From the NCBI GenBank assembly GCA_963707635.1, contig OY970173.1, forward strand, positions 1,387,663-1,451,662: a DNA stretch of 64,000 nt, read 5' to 3'. The stretch is from Candidatus Latescibacterota bacterium. GTDB lineage: Bacteria; Krumholzibacteriota; Krumholzibacteriia; WVZY01; JAKEHA01. The notes below the pieces were generated by a model. That model was not told the origin of the DNA, made no database searches, and worked only from the letters and a program-made list of their open reading frames with translations. Numbering within the stretch: position 1 is the first letter of the stretch; each line of letters opens with the position of its first letter. The translations under genes were made by a program, and so were the position numbers. This document shows, one piece after another, positions 1 through 7,614 of the stretch.

Positions 1-294
1 GTGCGACACCTCCTGCCCAACGTCCTGACACCCATGGTGGTGATCTTCTCGATGGGGCTCGGGGCGTCCATCATGGCGGAGTCGTCGCTGAGCTTCCTCG
101 GGCTGGGCGCGCAGCCCCCGCACCCGAGCTGGGGCTCGATGATCAGCTCCGGATTGGATTATCTTCGAGTGGCGCCGTGGCTCTCGCTCGCGCCCGGGGT
201 CATGGTGACCCTGACGGTGTTGGGCTTCAACTTGCTAGGCGATACCTTGCGCGACCTGTTCGACCCGAAGCTGGGGCGAGCGGCGCGCCGATGA
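1..294 (+). CDS. ABC transporter permease (OppC/DppC-like), C-terminal fragment; 5' end lies outside the window
   Basis: Translation ...SMGLGASIMAESSLSFLGLGAQPPHPSWGSMIS... matches the conserved C-terminal region of peptide/nickel ABC permeases (BPD_transp_1). The stop TGA at 292-294 overlaps the ATG of the next gene (ATGA). Confidence 0.75.
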   Translation: MRHLLPNVLTPMVVIFSMGLGASIMAESSLSFLGLGAQPPHPSWGSMISSGLDYLRVAPWLSLAPGVMVTLTVLGFNLLGDTLRDLFDPKLGRAARR

Positions 295-1376
295 ACATGC
301 TGCAGGAGATCAACGATACCCTCGCGGCGCTTCTCGCGGAGCGGGGCGTGGACGCGCGGACCACGCACACCCACGTGACGTCGCTCCCGCCGGACGGTTC
401 CGTGGTCGAGGTCGAGGTCAGCGATCCGGACCTGGCCGATGAGCTTCTTCGCCGGCTCGGGCTGGATGCGGAGGGCCGGCGTCGGCTCCGCATCGTGGTC
501 CTGCCCAGGGCCGGGCTTCCCGAGGCCCTGATCGCCGCGAGCAGCGTGGCCGATGTCCGCAGGCTCCCGTCCCACCCGTCCGAGCTCGTCACCCAGATCG
601 TCTATGGCGACCTGGTCGTCCCGCTCAAGCAGGAGGGGGAGTGGTATCTCTGTCGAATCGACGACGGGTACCTGGGGTGGATTCGGAGCTGGCATCTGGT
701 AGAAACCTCGCGCGCCGGGCAGGCGGAGTTCCTCCGCCGTTGCAGCCATCGCGTGGGCGTCAACCACTCCGAGGCCCTGACCGAGCCGGACGCACGCTCC
801 CTGCCCGTGACCGACCTGGTGATCGGAACGCCGCTGGTCGCCGATCCGGGTGGCCGGCGGGGGTGGGCGGCGGTCGAGCTCGCCGACGGCAAGCGAGGAT
901 TCGTTCGGCGCCCTCACATCGAAAGGAAGCCACGGCAGGGGACGGTATCGCGCTCGAAGCTGGTCGCGACGGGGCTGCGTTTTCTGGGCATTCCCTATCT
1001 ATGGGGAGGCAACACCCCGAAGGGCTTCGACTGTTCGGGGCTGGTCCAGCGGATCTACCGGCTCCATGGGGTGGTTATGCCACGTGATTCCGACATGCAA
1101 TCCCGCTTCGGCGCGGCCCGGCGCACCCGCGATCTGGACGGCTTGTTTCCCGGTGACCTCCTGTTCTTCGGCAAGGTCTCCCAGCGCATCACCCATGTGG
1201 GCATGGTGCTCCCGGACCGGCTCTTCCTCCACGCGTACGGACAAGTTCGTGTTAATTCATTAGATCCAGCACATCCCCTGTTCGAGCCATCGCTCGCCGG
1301 TGACTGGCGGGGAGCCCGCGATCCCCTTGGCCAGGCGTTGCATCCGGCAGCGACTACGGTGGATACCCCCTTGTGA
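291..1376 (+). CDS. NlpC/P60 family cell-wall peptidase with N-terminal SH3b-like domains
   Basis: The C-terminal part carries the NlpC/P60 catalytic core (…GIPYLWGGNTPKGFDCSGLVQRIYRLHGVVMPRDSDMQ…ITHVGMVL). The N-terminal part has SH3b-like segments (EGEWYLCRIDDGYLGWIRSWHL). The start was set to the ATG (MNMLQ…) that overlaps the upstream permease stop. The ORF-track start at 177 would overlap the permease by 118 nt. Confidence 0.8.
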   Translation: MNMLQEINDTLAALLAERGVDARTTHTHVTSLPPDGSVVEVEVSDPDLADELLRRLGLDAEGRRRLRIVVLPRAGLPEALIAASSVADVRRLPSHPSELVTQIVYGDLVVPLKQEGEWYLCRIDDGYLGWIRSWHLVETSRAGQAEFLRRCSHRVGVNHSEALTEPDARSLPVTDLVIGTPLVADPGGRRGWAAVELADGKRGFVRRPHIERKPRQGTVSRSKLVATGLRFLGIPYLWGGNTPKGFDCSGLVQRIYRLHGVVMPRDSDMQSRFGAARRTRDLDGLFPGDLLFFGKVSQRITHVGMVLPDRLFLHAYGQVRVNSLDPAHPLFEPSLAGDWRGARDPLGQALHPAATTVDTPL

Positions 1377-1404
1377 GCCGTTTCCCAAAGGTCCAAAAAA
1401 AACG

Positions 1405-1434
1405 TTGACGCCTTTCGGCGAACGCCGATAGATT
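1405..1434 (+). promoter_or_regulatory. Putative sigma70-type promoter (TTGACG-18 nt-TAGATT) upstream of the porin-like gene
   Basis: Seen in sequence: ttgacg at 1405-1410, an 18-nt spacer, then tagatt at 1429-1434. It is followed by a ~215-nt leader before the ATG at 1651. Confidence 0.4.
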
Positions 1435-1650
1435 ACGCGCTCAAAGCTGGAAATGCCCTTTTTGGGGCATTCCCCGGGGGCTTCAGCCCGTAGCGCGGGT
1501 GCGGAAGACCGGGGGGTGAGGTCGATGGAGCCTTGCCCCAGCGGAGCACCCGTGACGGGCGTTCGATATGGTAGACAGGCAACGGGAATGGGCCGGTAAC
1601 GCCCGGCGTTCACAGTGGACAGGCCGTTCCCACCAGAGGAGGTCAAGGTT

Positions 1651-2940
1651 ATGTTAAAGCACTGGAGCAGAATTGCTCTGGCTTCGTTTCTGGTTTTGAT
1701 GGTCGGCGCGTCGGTCGCGTTCGCGACCACCGCCCGGGTGCGGTCACTGGCAAACACCGGTGACTACATCAGTGATGACTCGGCGGTTAATCGTTGGTAC
1801 AGCACGCTTTCCTCGTTCGCCAATCAGGTCAACGCCGAGCTGGGTCAGTTCGCGGGTACCCCCGGTAGTCTGGTGGACACCCGGGGCCTCGGTTGGACCC
1901 ATGCCTGCGGAGACGACGGCAAGTGGGGTACGTATCGGATTTCGTTGAACGAAAACGCGCTCGATCACCCGGGTTTCTGGATCGGCAATCCGTTCTATCA
2001 GAGCCACTCACCCGGTGACGACGGTGGTCTCGGCGACCCGACGGGCGGTGCCTACGACGACACCCCGATCAACAAGTGGGATGTCGCGGGTGCGTGGGAC
2101 CTTGGAGAATCCATGTCTCTCGGCGTCTCCGTCACCCAGTCGAAGTGGAGCTTCGAGGACACGGCAAACGACATCGAGGCCGACAACTCGTGGATCACGC
2201 TGGGCGCTGGTTTCTCGTGGACCAATGCCGACAACCTGGTGCTCGACGCCGCGGTGAATTTCGGTAACGCGGGCGGCAAGATGACCGACGGCGCCAACAC
2301 GTCCGAGTGGGACAGCAAGACGGCGTTCGATATTCTCGCCCGTCTGTTCTGGGACTGGAAGGACGACGTCACGGTGGTACCGGTCGTGGAGTTCACCCAG
2401 TCCGATTATAGCCTGTCGGTCAGCCCGACGGCGCTCACGCCGCCCAACGGCGAGAAGCTGTCGGACTTTCTGTTCGGCCTGGGACTCAACATGGACGTGA
2501 ACGAGGACAACATGCTGGTGTTCGCGCTCGAGTTCATGAATCGCAAGTATGAGTATTCGAACCCGGACACGGTTGCGGCTGGCTACGCGAGCACGACGTG
2601 GAGCTATACGCCGACGGTGCGTCTGGCGCTGGAGTCGGACATCACGACCTGGTTCACGACACGTATCGGCGCGGTCAAGTACCTCGGCAACGTGACCGAC
2701 GAGTCCAACGGTGGCGACAAGTACAAGATCACGCCGGGTGCGCCGGGCATCCTGATCGGTGTAACGCCGCCGAGCGGGTTTGATTGGTACCTCGGTTGCG
2801 GGTTCACCGTCGCCGAGTGGACGATCGATCTCGAGATCAACGAAGAGACGCCGTTCAACATCGGCTACTGGCTGACGGGTTACTCGAATTACGGTTTGGG
2901 TGGCCCGGTGGGCCGAATCTCGGCCGTCTACAACTACTAA
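1651..2940 (+). CDS. Secreted putative outer-membrane beta-barrel / porin-like protein (hypothetical)
   Basis: A GAGGAGG RBS lies 7 nt upstream of the ATG. The translation starts with a signal peptide (MLKHWSRIALASFLVLMVGASVAFATT). Composition is Gly/Asp/Thr/Trp/Tyr-rich with alternating hydrophobic patterns, and the terminal residue is aromatic (…AVYNY), as is typical of OM beta-barrels. No specific family was recognised. Confidence 0.6.
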   Translation: MLKHWSRIALASFLVLMVGASVAFATTARVRSLANTGDYISDDSAVNRWYSTLSSFANQVNAELGQFAGTPGSLVDTRGLGWTHACGDDGKWGTYRISLNENALDHPGFWIGNPFYQSHSPGDDGGLGDPTGGAYDDTPINKWDVAGAWDLGESMSLGVSVTQSKWSFEDTANDIEADNSWITLGAGFSWTNADNLVLDAAVNFGNAGGKMTDGANTSEWDSKTAFDILARLFWDWKDDVTVVPVVEFTQSDYSLSVSPTALTPPNGEKLSDFLFGLGLNMDVNEDNMLVFALEFMNRKYEYSNPDTVAAGYASTTWSYTPTVRLALESDITTWFTTRIGAVKYLGNVTDESNGGDKYKITPGAPGILIGVTPPSGFDWYLGCGFTVAEWTIDLEINEETPFNIGYWLTGYSNYGLGGPVGRISAVYNY

Positions 2941-2978
2941 GTCCCGAGGCGTTCATCGCCGAAGGCGTGTGGTCGGAC

Positions 2979-3016
2979 GCGGCCCCTTCCTCGCGAAGGG
3001 GCCGCGTTCTTTTTTT
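2979..3016 (+). terminator. Rho-independent terminator after the porin-like gene
   Basis: Inverted repeat gcggcccctt / aaggggccgc with a 7-nt loop, followed by gttcttttttt. Confidence 0.6.
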
Positions 3017-3140
3017 GCGCAGCTTCGCGTTTCTCGCCGTTCCCGGTCGTTCCGCCATCGGGGCCTGGAACTTGCACTCCACCCGGCGCAGACGGCTGCG
3101 CGAATGCATCGCGGCAGCGCACTATCGAGCGCGATCGGCG

Positions 3141-4352
3141 ATGTACTTCTTCTACTATCTGCCCATCGGAGTCGACGCGGAGACCCGGCGGTTTCCGGTG
3201 TTCACCACGCTGTTCACCGTCATCTGCGTCGCGGTATTCGTCGCGCGCCGGGTGCTCGGAGAGGGCGCCGCGTTCGACGTTCGCAACTACGTGTACTACC
3301 CGGGCTGGTCCAGCCCGCTCACCGCACTCGCCGCCGGCTTTCTCCACTTCGGCTACTTTCATATCGTGTCCAACCTCGTCTATCTGGTGCTGTTCGGCCG
3401 CTATCTCGAAGATCGTCTGGGGCCGGGGATGTTCGCGCTGATGTTCGTCGGGTCGACGCTGGTCGGCAACCTGGCGCAGGGCTGGTACAACCTGCACGTG
3501 CTGGAGACGGGCGCGGGCATCATCGGCGCCTCGGGCGCGGTGTCGGGCATCATGGGTGCGTTTCTGATCCGGCTGCGCCACCACAACGTCAGGGTGGCCT
3601 ACTGGGTGTTTGCGCCGCTGCTGGCAACGAACCGGGCCGGCACCGTGCAGATCCACGTGGTGTTTGCACTCGCGCTGTGGGTCCTGATCCAGGTGGTTCG
3701 CGGTCTGGTGCAACTCGAGGGCACCGGCGTCAACGTGGCGTATGTCACCCACCTGGTGGGGTTCGCCTTCGGGGTGGGGGCGGTGGTCGCGACGGGCGGC
3801 TGGCGCCTGGGCCGGATCGACGGTCACCTGGTGAAGGCGAAGCGCTACCTGCGTCGCGGCGAATTCTACGGCGCGCAGGACGAGTTGACGAATTACTCGC
3901 TCGCCCGACCGGACGACGGAGAGGCGCACGCGGCCCTGGCCAGAACGCGCGCGCAGTGCGCCGACGCTGCCGGCGCCCGGGCCAGCTACCGCGACGCGTG
4001 CGAGTGCTTCCTGCGCGCCGGGAGACGCGGCGAGGCGGAGCGGACGTTTCAGGAAGCCACGCGTTCGTTCCCGGACTTCGTGCTTTCGGCGCCGGCGCAC
4101 CTGGACCTCTGCTTCGGCCTGGAGCGCAATCTCAAGCCGGCCGTTGCACTTTGCGCCTACGAGGGCTTCGGGCGGGTCTACCACGACCACGCGGAGGCCC
4201 CATTCGCCCTGCTGCGGGCAGCCAATCTCCACGCCAAGCAGGGGAATATCGCGCGCGCGAAGAGCTGCTACGAGCGTATCGTCACCGGCTACCCGGACGA
4301 CGACTGGGTCGAGTTTGCCGCCGAACACGCGCGCCGGCTCGGCGCGGCGTAG
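3141..4352 (+). CDS. Rhomboid family intramembrane serine protease with C-terminal TPR-like region
   Basis: Rhomboid motifs are present: GASGAVSGIMGAF (GxSG catalytic Ser) and a downstream HLVGFAFG (catalytic His), with multiple TM segments. The C-terminal ~170 aa are soluble and helical-repeat-like. The start was set to the ATG (MYFFYYLP…) after the upstream terminator. The ORF-track start at 2784 overlaps the preceding gene. Confidence 0.8.
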   Translation: MYFFYYLPIGVDAETRRFPVFTTLFTVICVAVFVARRVLGEGAAFDVRNYVYYPGWSSPLTALAAGFLHFGYFHIVSNLVYLVLFGRYLEDRLGPGMFALMFVGSTLVGNLAQGWYNLHVLETGAGIIGASGAVSGIMGAFLIRLRHHNVRVAYWVFAPLLATNRAGTVQIHVVFALALWVLIQVVRGLVQLEGTGVNVAYVTHLVGFAFGVGAVVATGGWRLGRIDGHLVKAKRYLRRGEFYGAQDELTNYSLARPDDGEAHAALARTRAQCADAAGARASYRDACECFLRAGRRGEAERTFQEATRSFPDFVLSAPAHLDLCFGLERNLKPAVALCAYEGFGRVYHDHAEAPFALLRAANLHAKQGNIARAKSCYERIVTGYPDDDWVEFAAEHARRLGAA

Positions 4353-4501
4353 TCGTCGTTTCCAGCCCCGCCGCCGGGGGTGACAGGCCGGTCGTTGGCC
4401 GCGTAACCCCAGCCTCGGTAATATTCTTGCCAATTTCTCCGGCCCGGTGATAGCCTGCCGATGGCCGCGGGTGCGGCCGGCGGAAATCGGGAGGTGGCGG
4501 T

Positions 4502-5185
4502 GTGGAAGGTGGTACGGTTCGGGGACTTCCGTCGAGTGACCGACCGCGCGAGCGGTTGTATACCAGGGGCGCGGCGGAGCTATCGCTGCAAGAACTCCTC
4601 GCGATCATCATCGGCGGGGGGACGCGCGGGTCCGGGGCGCTGGTACTGGCGCTGAGTTTGCTTGGGGAATTCGGGGATCTGGTGACGATGGGACGAGCGG
4701 GCGTCGATGAACTGCGCCGCGTGCCCGGTATCGGGTTCGCGCGTGGGTGCCAGGTGGTCGCCGCTTTCGAGCTGGGCAAGCGCTTCGCCAGGGAGTCGAG
4801 GTCGAGTGGTTCGTCCGTGCGCGCCCCGAAGGACATCGCGCGCATGTTCATGGACGAGATGAAACACTACGACCGCGAACACTTCAAGGCGGCGTTCCTC
4901 AACACGAAGAATCAGGTCATCAAGGTCGTGACGGTGTCCATCGGATCGCTCAACGCGTCGATTGTGCACCCGCGTGAGATCCTGAAGCCGGCGATTGCGG
5001 TCAGCGCCGCGTCGATCATCCTCGTTCACAATCATCCCACGGGAGATCCCACGCCCAGTCGCGAGGATGTCGAGTTCACGCGCCGCTTTGCGAAGTGCGG
5101 GGAGTTGATCGGCATCGAGCTGCTCGATCACATCGTGATCGGGGCGGATCGGTTCCAGAGCCTTAAAGAGTCCGGCTGCTTCTAG
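4502..5185 (+). CDS. radC: RadC-like JAB/MPN domain protein (UPF0758)
   Basis: The N-terminus …RPRERLYTRGAAELSLQELLAIIIGGGTRG… and the C-terminal JAMM motif HNHPTGDPTPSREDVEFTRR are characteristic of RadC. Start is GTG per the ORF track. Confidence 0.8.
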   Translation: MEGGTVRGLPSSDRPRERLYTRGAAELSLQELLAIIIGGGTRGSGALVLALSLLGEFGDLVTMGRAGVDELRRVPGIGFARGCQVVAAFELGKRFARESRSSGSSVRAPKDIARMFMDEMKHYDREHFKAAFLNTKNQVIKVVTVSIGSLNASIVHPREILKPAIAVSAASIILVHNHPTGDPTPSREDVEFTRRFAKCGELIGIELLDHIVIGADRFQSLKESGCF

Positions 5186-5197
5186 CCCGGACCGGGG

Positions 5198-6244
5198 GTG
5201 GGAATGTCGTTGTTTGCCCGGCTGTCCAACTATCTGACCAATGACGTCGCCATCGACCTCGGCACCGCGAACACGCTCGTGTACGTGAAGGGGAGCGGCA
5301 TCGTGCTGAACGAGCCGTCGGTGGTGGCGGTCGACCAGCGCACCAAGAAGGTATTCGCGGTGGGCCTCGAGGCCAAGACCATGCTGGGCAAGACCCCCGA
5401 ATACATCGCGGCGATCCGGCCGATGAAGGACGGCGTCATTGCGGACTTCGAGATCACCGAGATGATGCTGCGCGAGTTCATCCGCAAATCCCAGAAAAAG
5501 AAGCACTTCATCCGTCCGCGCATCGTGATCGCGGTGCCGTCCGGAATCACCGAGGTGGAGAAGCGGGCGGTTCGCGACTCGGCCGAGCACGCCGGGGCGC
5601 GCGAGGTGTTCCTGATCGCGGAACCCATCGCGGCGGCGATCGGCGTCGGACTCCCGGTGGATAAGCCGTCGGGGAACATGATCATCGACATCGGCGGCGG
5701 CACCACCGAGATCGCCGTGATCGCGCTCGACGGCATTGTCGCCGACAGCTCGATCCGGGTGGCGGGCGACGAGTTGGACGAGGCGATCGTCAACTACGTC
5801 AAGCGCACCTACAACATGCTCATCGGCGAGCAGACCGCCGAACAGATCAAGATGAAGATCGGGTGCGCGGTCAGGCTGGATAAGCCGCTCGAGATGGAGA
5901 TCAAGGGACGCGACCTGGTGGCGGGAATCCCCAAGAACCTCAAGCTCACCAGCGAGGAGATCCGGGAAGCGATCAGCGAACCCATCTCCCAGATCGTGGA
6001 GGCTCTGAAGAACGCGCTCGAACAGACCCCACCCGAGCTCGCGGCCGATATCGTCGATCGTGGCATCGTGATGACCGGAGGCGGAGCCATGCTGAAGGGA
6101 CTCGACCAGCTGCTGAAGCGGGAGACGAACCTTCCGATCAACGTCGTTGACGACCCGCTCCTGTGCGTCGTGCTCGGCGCGGGCAAGGTGCTCGACAATA
6201 TCCACTACTACGATCGGGTGCTCATGCATAGCTCGCGCGACTAG
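5198..6244 (+). CDS. mreB: Rod shape-determining protein MreB (actin-like ATPase)
   Basis: …[26 protein letters not shown]…[12 protein letters not shown]… are canonical MreB motifs. Confidence 0.95.
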   Translation: MGMSLFARLSNYLTNDVAIDLGTANTLVYVKGSGIVLNEPSVVAVDQRTKKVFAVGLEAKTMLGKTPEYIAAIRPMKDGVIADFEITEMMLREFIRKSQKKKHFIRPRIVIAVPSGITEVEKRAVRDSAEHAGAREVFLIAEPIAAAIGVGLPVDKPSGNMIIDIGGGTTEIAVIALDGIVADSSIRVAGDELDEAIVNYVKRTYNMLIGEQTAEQIKMKIGCAVRLDKPLEMEIKGRDLVAGIPKNLKLTSEEIREAISEPISQIVEALKNALEQTPPELAADIVDRGIVMTGGGAMLKGLDQLLKRETNLPINVVDDPLLCVVLGAGKVLDNIHYYDRVLMHSSRD

Positions 6245-6247
6245 CAT

Positions 6248-7114
6248 ATGCACCTGTTCGAGGCCGTTTTTCAACGATACCGCGACCGCACGGTCCTCGT
6301 CGTCCTGATCAGCCTCTCCATCGCGCTCATGTCGTTGCCCGAGCCGGTCCAGCTGGACGTGGCCCGGGGCCTCGTCGGCCGTCTGGTGCTCCCGGCCCAG
6401 CGCGCCACGACCTTCGTGACCGACTACGCCGACGTGCGGGCCGAGAACGAGCGCTTGCAACGAATGGTGGCGACCCTGATGCTGGAGCGCGAGCGGCTGC
6501 TCCAGTATCGGGACGAACGCGAGCGCCTTCGGCGCCTGGCCGAGTTCAAGGAAGAACAGACCCACCGGCTGGTCCCCGCGGAAGTAGTGGGCCGCGACTT
6601 CGACCGTATCCAGACCAACCTGGTGATCAACAAGGGCAGCGAGGCGGGACTGCGCGCGCGCATGCCGGTGTTTTCGTACGGCGGACTCGTCGGCAGCCTC
6701 GCGAAGGTCTTCGCGAACTCCTCGTGGGTGCAGCTGCTCACCAGCAAGAATCACCCGGTGAGTTGCATCGACAAGCGCAGCCGCGTGGTGGGCGTGTTGG
6801 AGTGGCGCCATCGCAATTCCTTCGAGCTGCGCCACGTGAGCTCGAACGAAGACGTCGCCGTCGGCGACACGCTGGTGACGAGCGGCTTCGGCGGCACCAT
6901 TCCCAAGGGATTTCCGGTCGCGATCGTCTCGCGGGTGGGGCAGTCGACCGACGGCTTGAGCCTGCGGGTGGACGCGCGCAGCCCCGTCAATTTCGTCTCG
7001 CTGGAAGAAGTATTCGTCATGACCGAAGAGATTCCCTGGGATCGCTCCCTGTTCTACGAAGAGGCGGATACCGCGCTCATGCGGGACGTGCTCCGTTCCA
7101 GGAGCCAGCGGTGA
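6248..7114 (+). CDS. mreC: Rod shape-determining protein MreC
   Basis: Position immediately after mreB. N-terminal TM plus coiled coil, and a C-terminal beta-domain (…VINKGSEAGLRARMPVFSYGGLVGSLAKVFANSSWVQLLTS…) typical of MreC. Confidence 0.85.
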   Translation: MHLFEAVFQRYRDRTVLVVLISLSIALMSLPEPVQLDVARGLVGRLVLPAQRATTFVTDYADVRAENERLQRMVATLMLERERLLQYRDERERLRRLAEFKEEQTHRLVPAEVVGRDFDRIQTNLVINKGSEAGLRARMPVFSYGGLVGSLAKVFANSSWVQLLTSKNHPVSCIDKRSRVVGVLEWRHRNSFELRHVSSNEDVAVGDTLVTSGFGGTIPKGFPVAIVSRVGQSTDGLSLRVDARSPVNFVSLEEVFVMTEEIPWDRSLFYEEADTALMRDVLRSRSQR

Positions 7115-7614
7115 AGTTCCTGGCGCCGTTGCTCGGGGTCGTCATCTACCTCGCGCTGCAGGCCGCGGTGGCGGGTCGCATCGCGATCGGTTCCATCGCG
7201 CCCGACTTCGTGGTGGTGTGCGTGATGCTGTTCGGGCTGCAGCGCGGGAGGATCCAGGGGTCGCTGTTCGGGTTCTTCGTCGGATTCCTGGTCGACCTCA
7301 GCAATCCCGGTTTCCTGGGGCTCAATGCCCTCACCAAGTGCCTGCTCGGCTTCGCGGCGGGCGGGTTGGGGGCCGCGGCGTCGCCCGGGGTGCTGGTGCT
7401 GGCGATCGTGTTCTTCGTGGGCGCCCTTGCGCACGACCTCGTCTACCTGCTGATTTACCTGTGGCCCGCGGTCGGCAGCGCCCTCTTGACGCTGGTCACG
7501 ACCGCGCTGCCGTCGGCGCTCTATACCGCCGTCGCGGGTGTCGCGGTCGAGCGCATCCTCGCCCTGCTGGGGGCGAAGGTGGTGACGTCGTTTGGCAAAG
7601 AGAGACAGTACTAG
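7111..7614 (+). CDS. mreD: Rod shape-determining protein MreD
   Basis: GTG start overlaps the mreC stop (GTGA). The product is a small polytopic membrane protein (VKFLAPLLGVVIYLALQAAVAG…FGFFVGFLVDL…) in the conserved mreBCD position. The ORF-track frame from 6724 is an upstream extension of the same frame. Confidence 0.7.
   Translation: MKFLAPLLGVVIYLALQAAVAGRIAIGSIAPDFVVVCVMLFGLQRGRIQGSLFGFFVGFLVDLSNPGFLGLNALTKCLLGFAAGGLGAAASPGVLVLAIVFFVGALAHDLVYLLIYLWPAVGSALLTLVTTALPSALYTAVAGVAVERILALLGAKVVTSFGKERQY

Noticed and set aside
1453-1470. Interpreting the CCCTTTTTGGGG hairpins as rho-independent terminators
   Set aside because: The T-run is in the loop, not 3' of the stem, and no U-tract follows. 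The upstream NlpC/P60 gene would then lack a canonical terminator. Treated instead as a possible regulatory hairpin.
2900-4450. 516-aa + strand ORF and 498-aa minus ORF (2937..4433) overlapping the rhomboid gene
   Set aside because: Arg/Pro/Gly-rich low-complexity translations in alternate frames of a gene whose own frame shows clear rhomboid motifs and TM helices.
4580-6835. 751-aa minus-strand ORF antisense to radC-mreB-mreC
   Set aside because: Extremely Arg/Asp/His/Gly-rich translation with no domain signal. Fully antisense to unmistakable MreB/MreC coding sequence. Typical high-GC antisense open frame.
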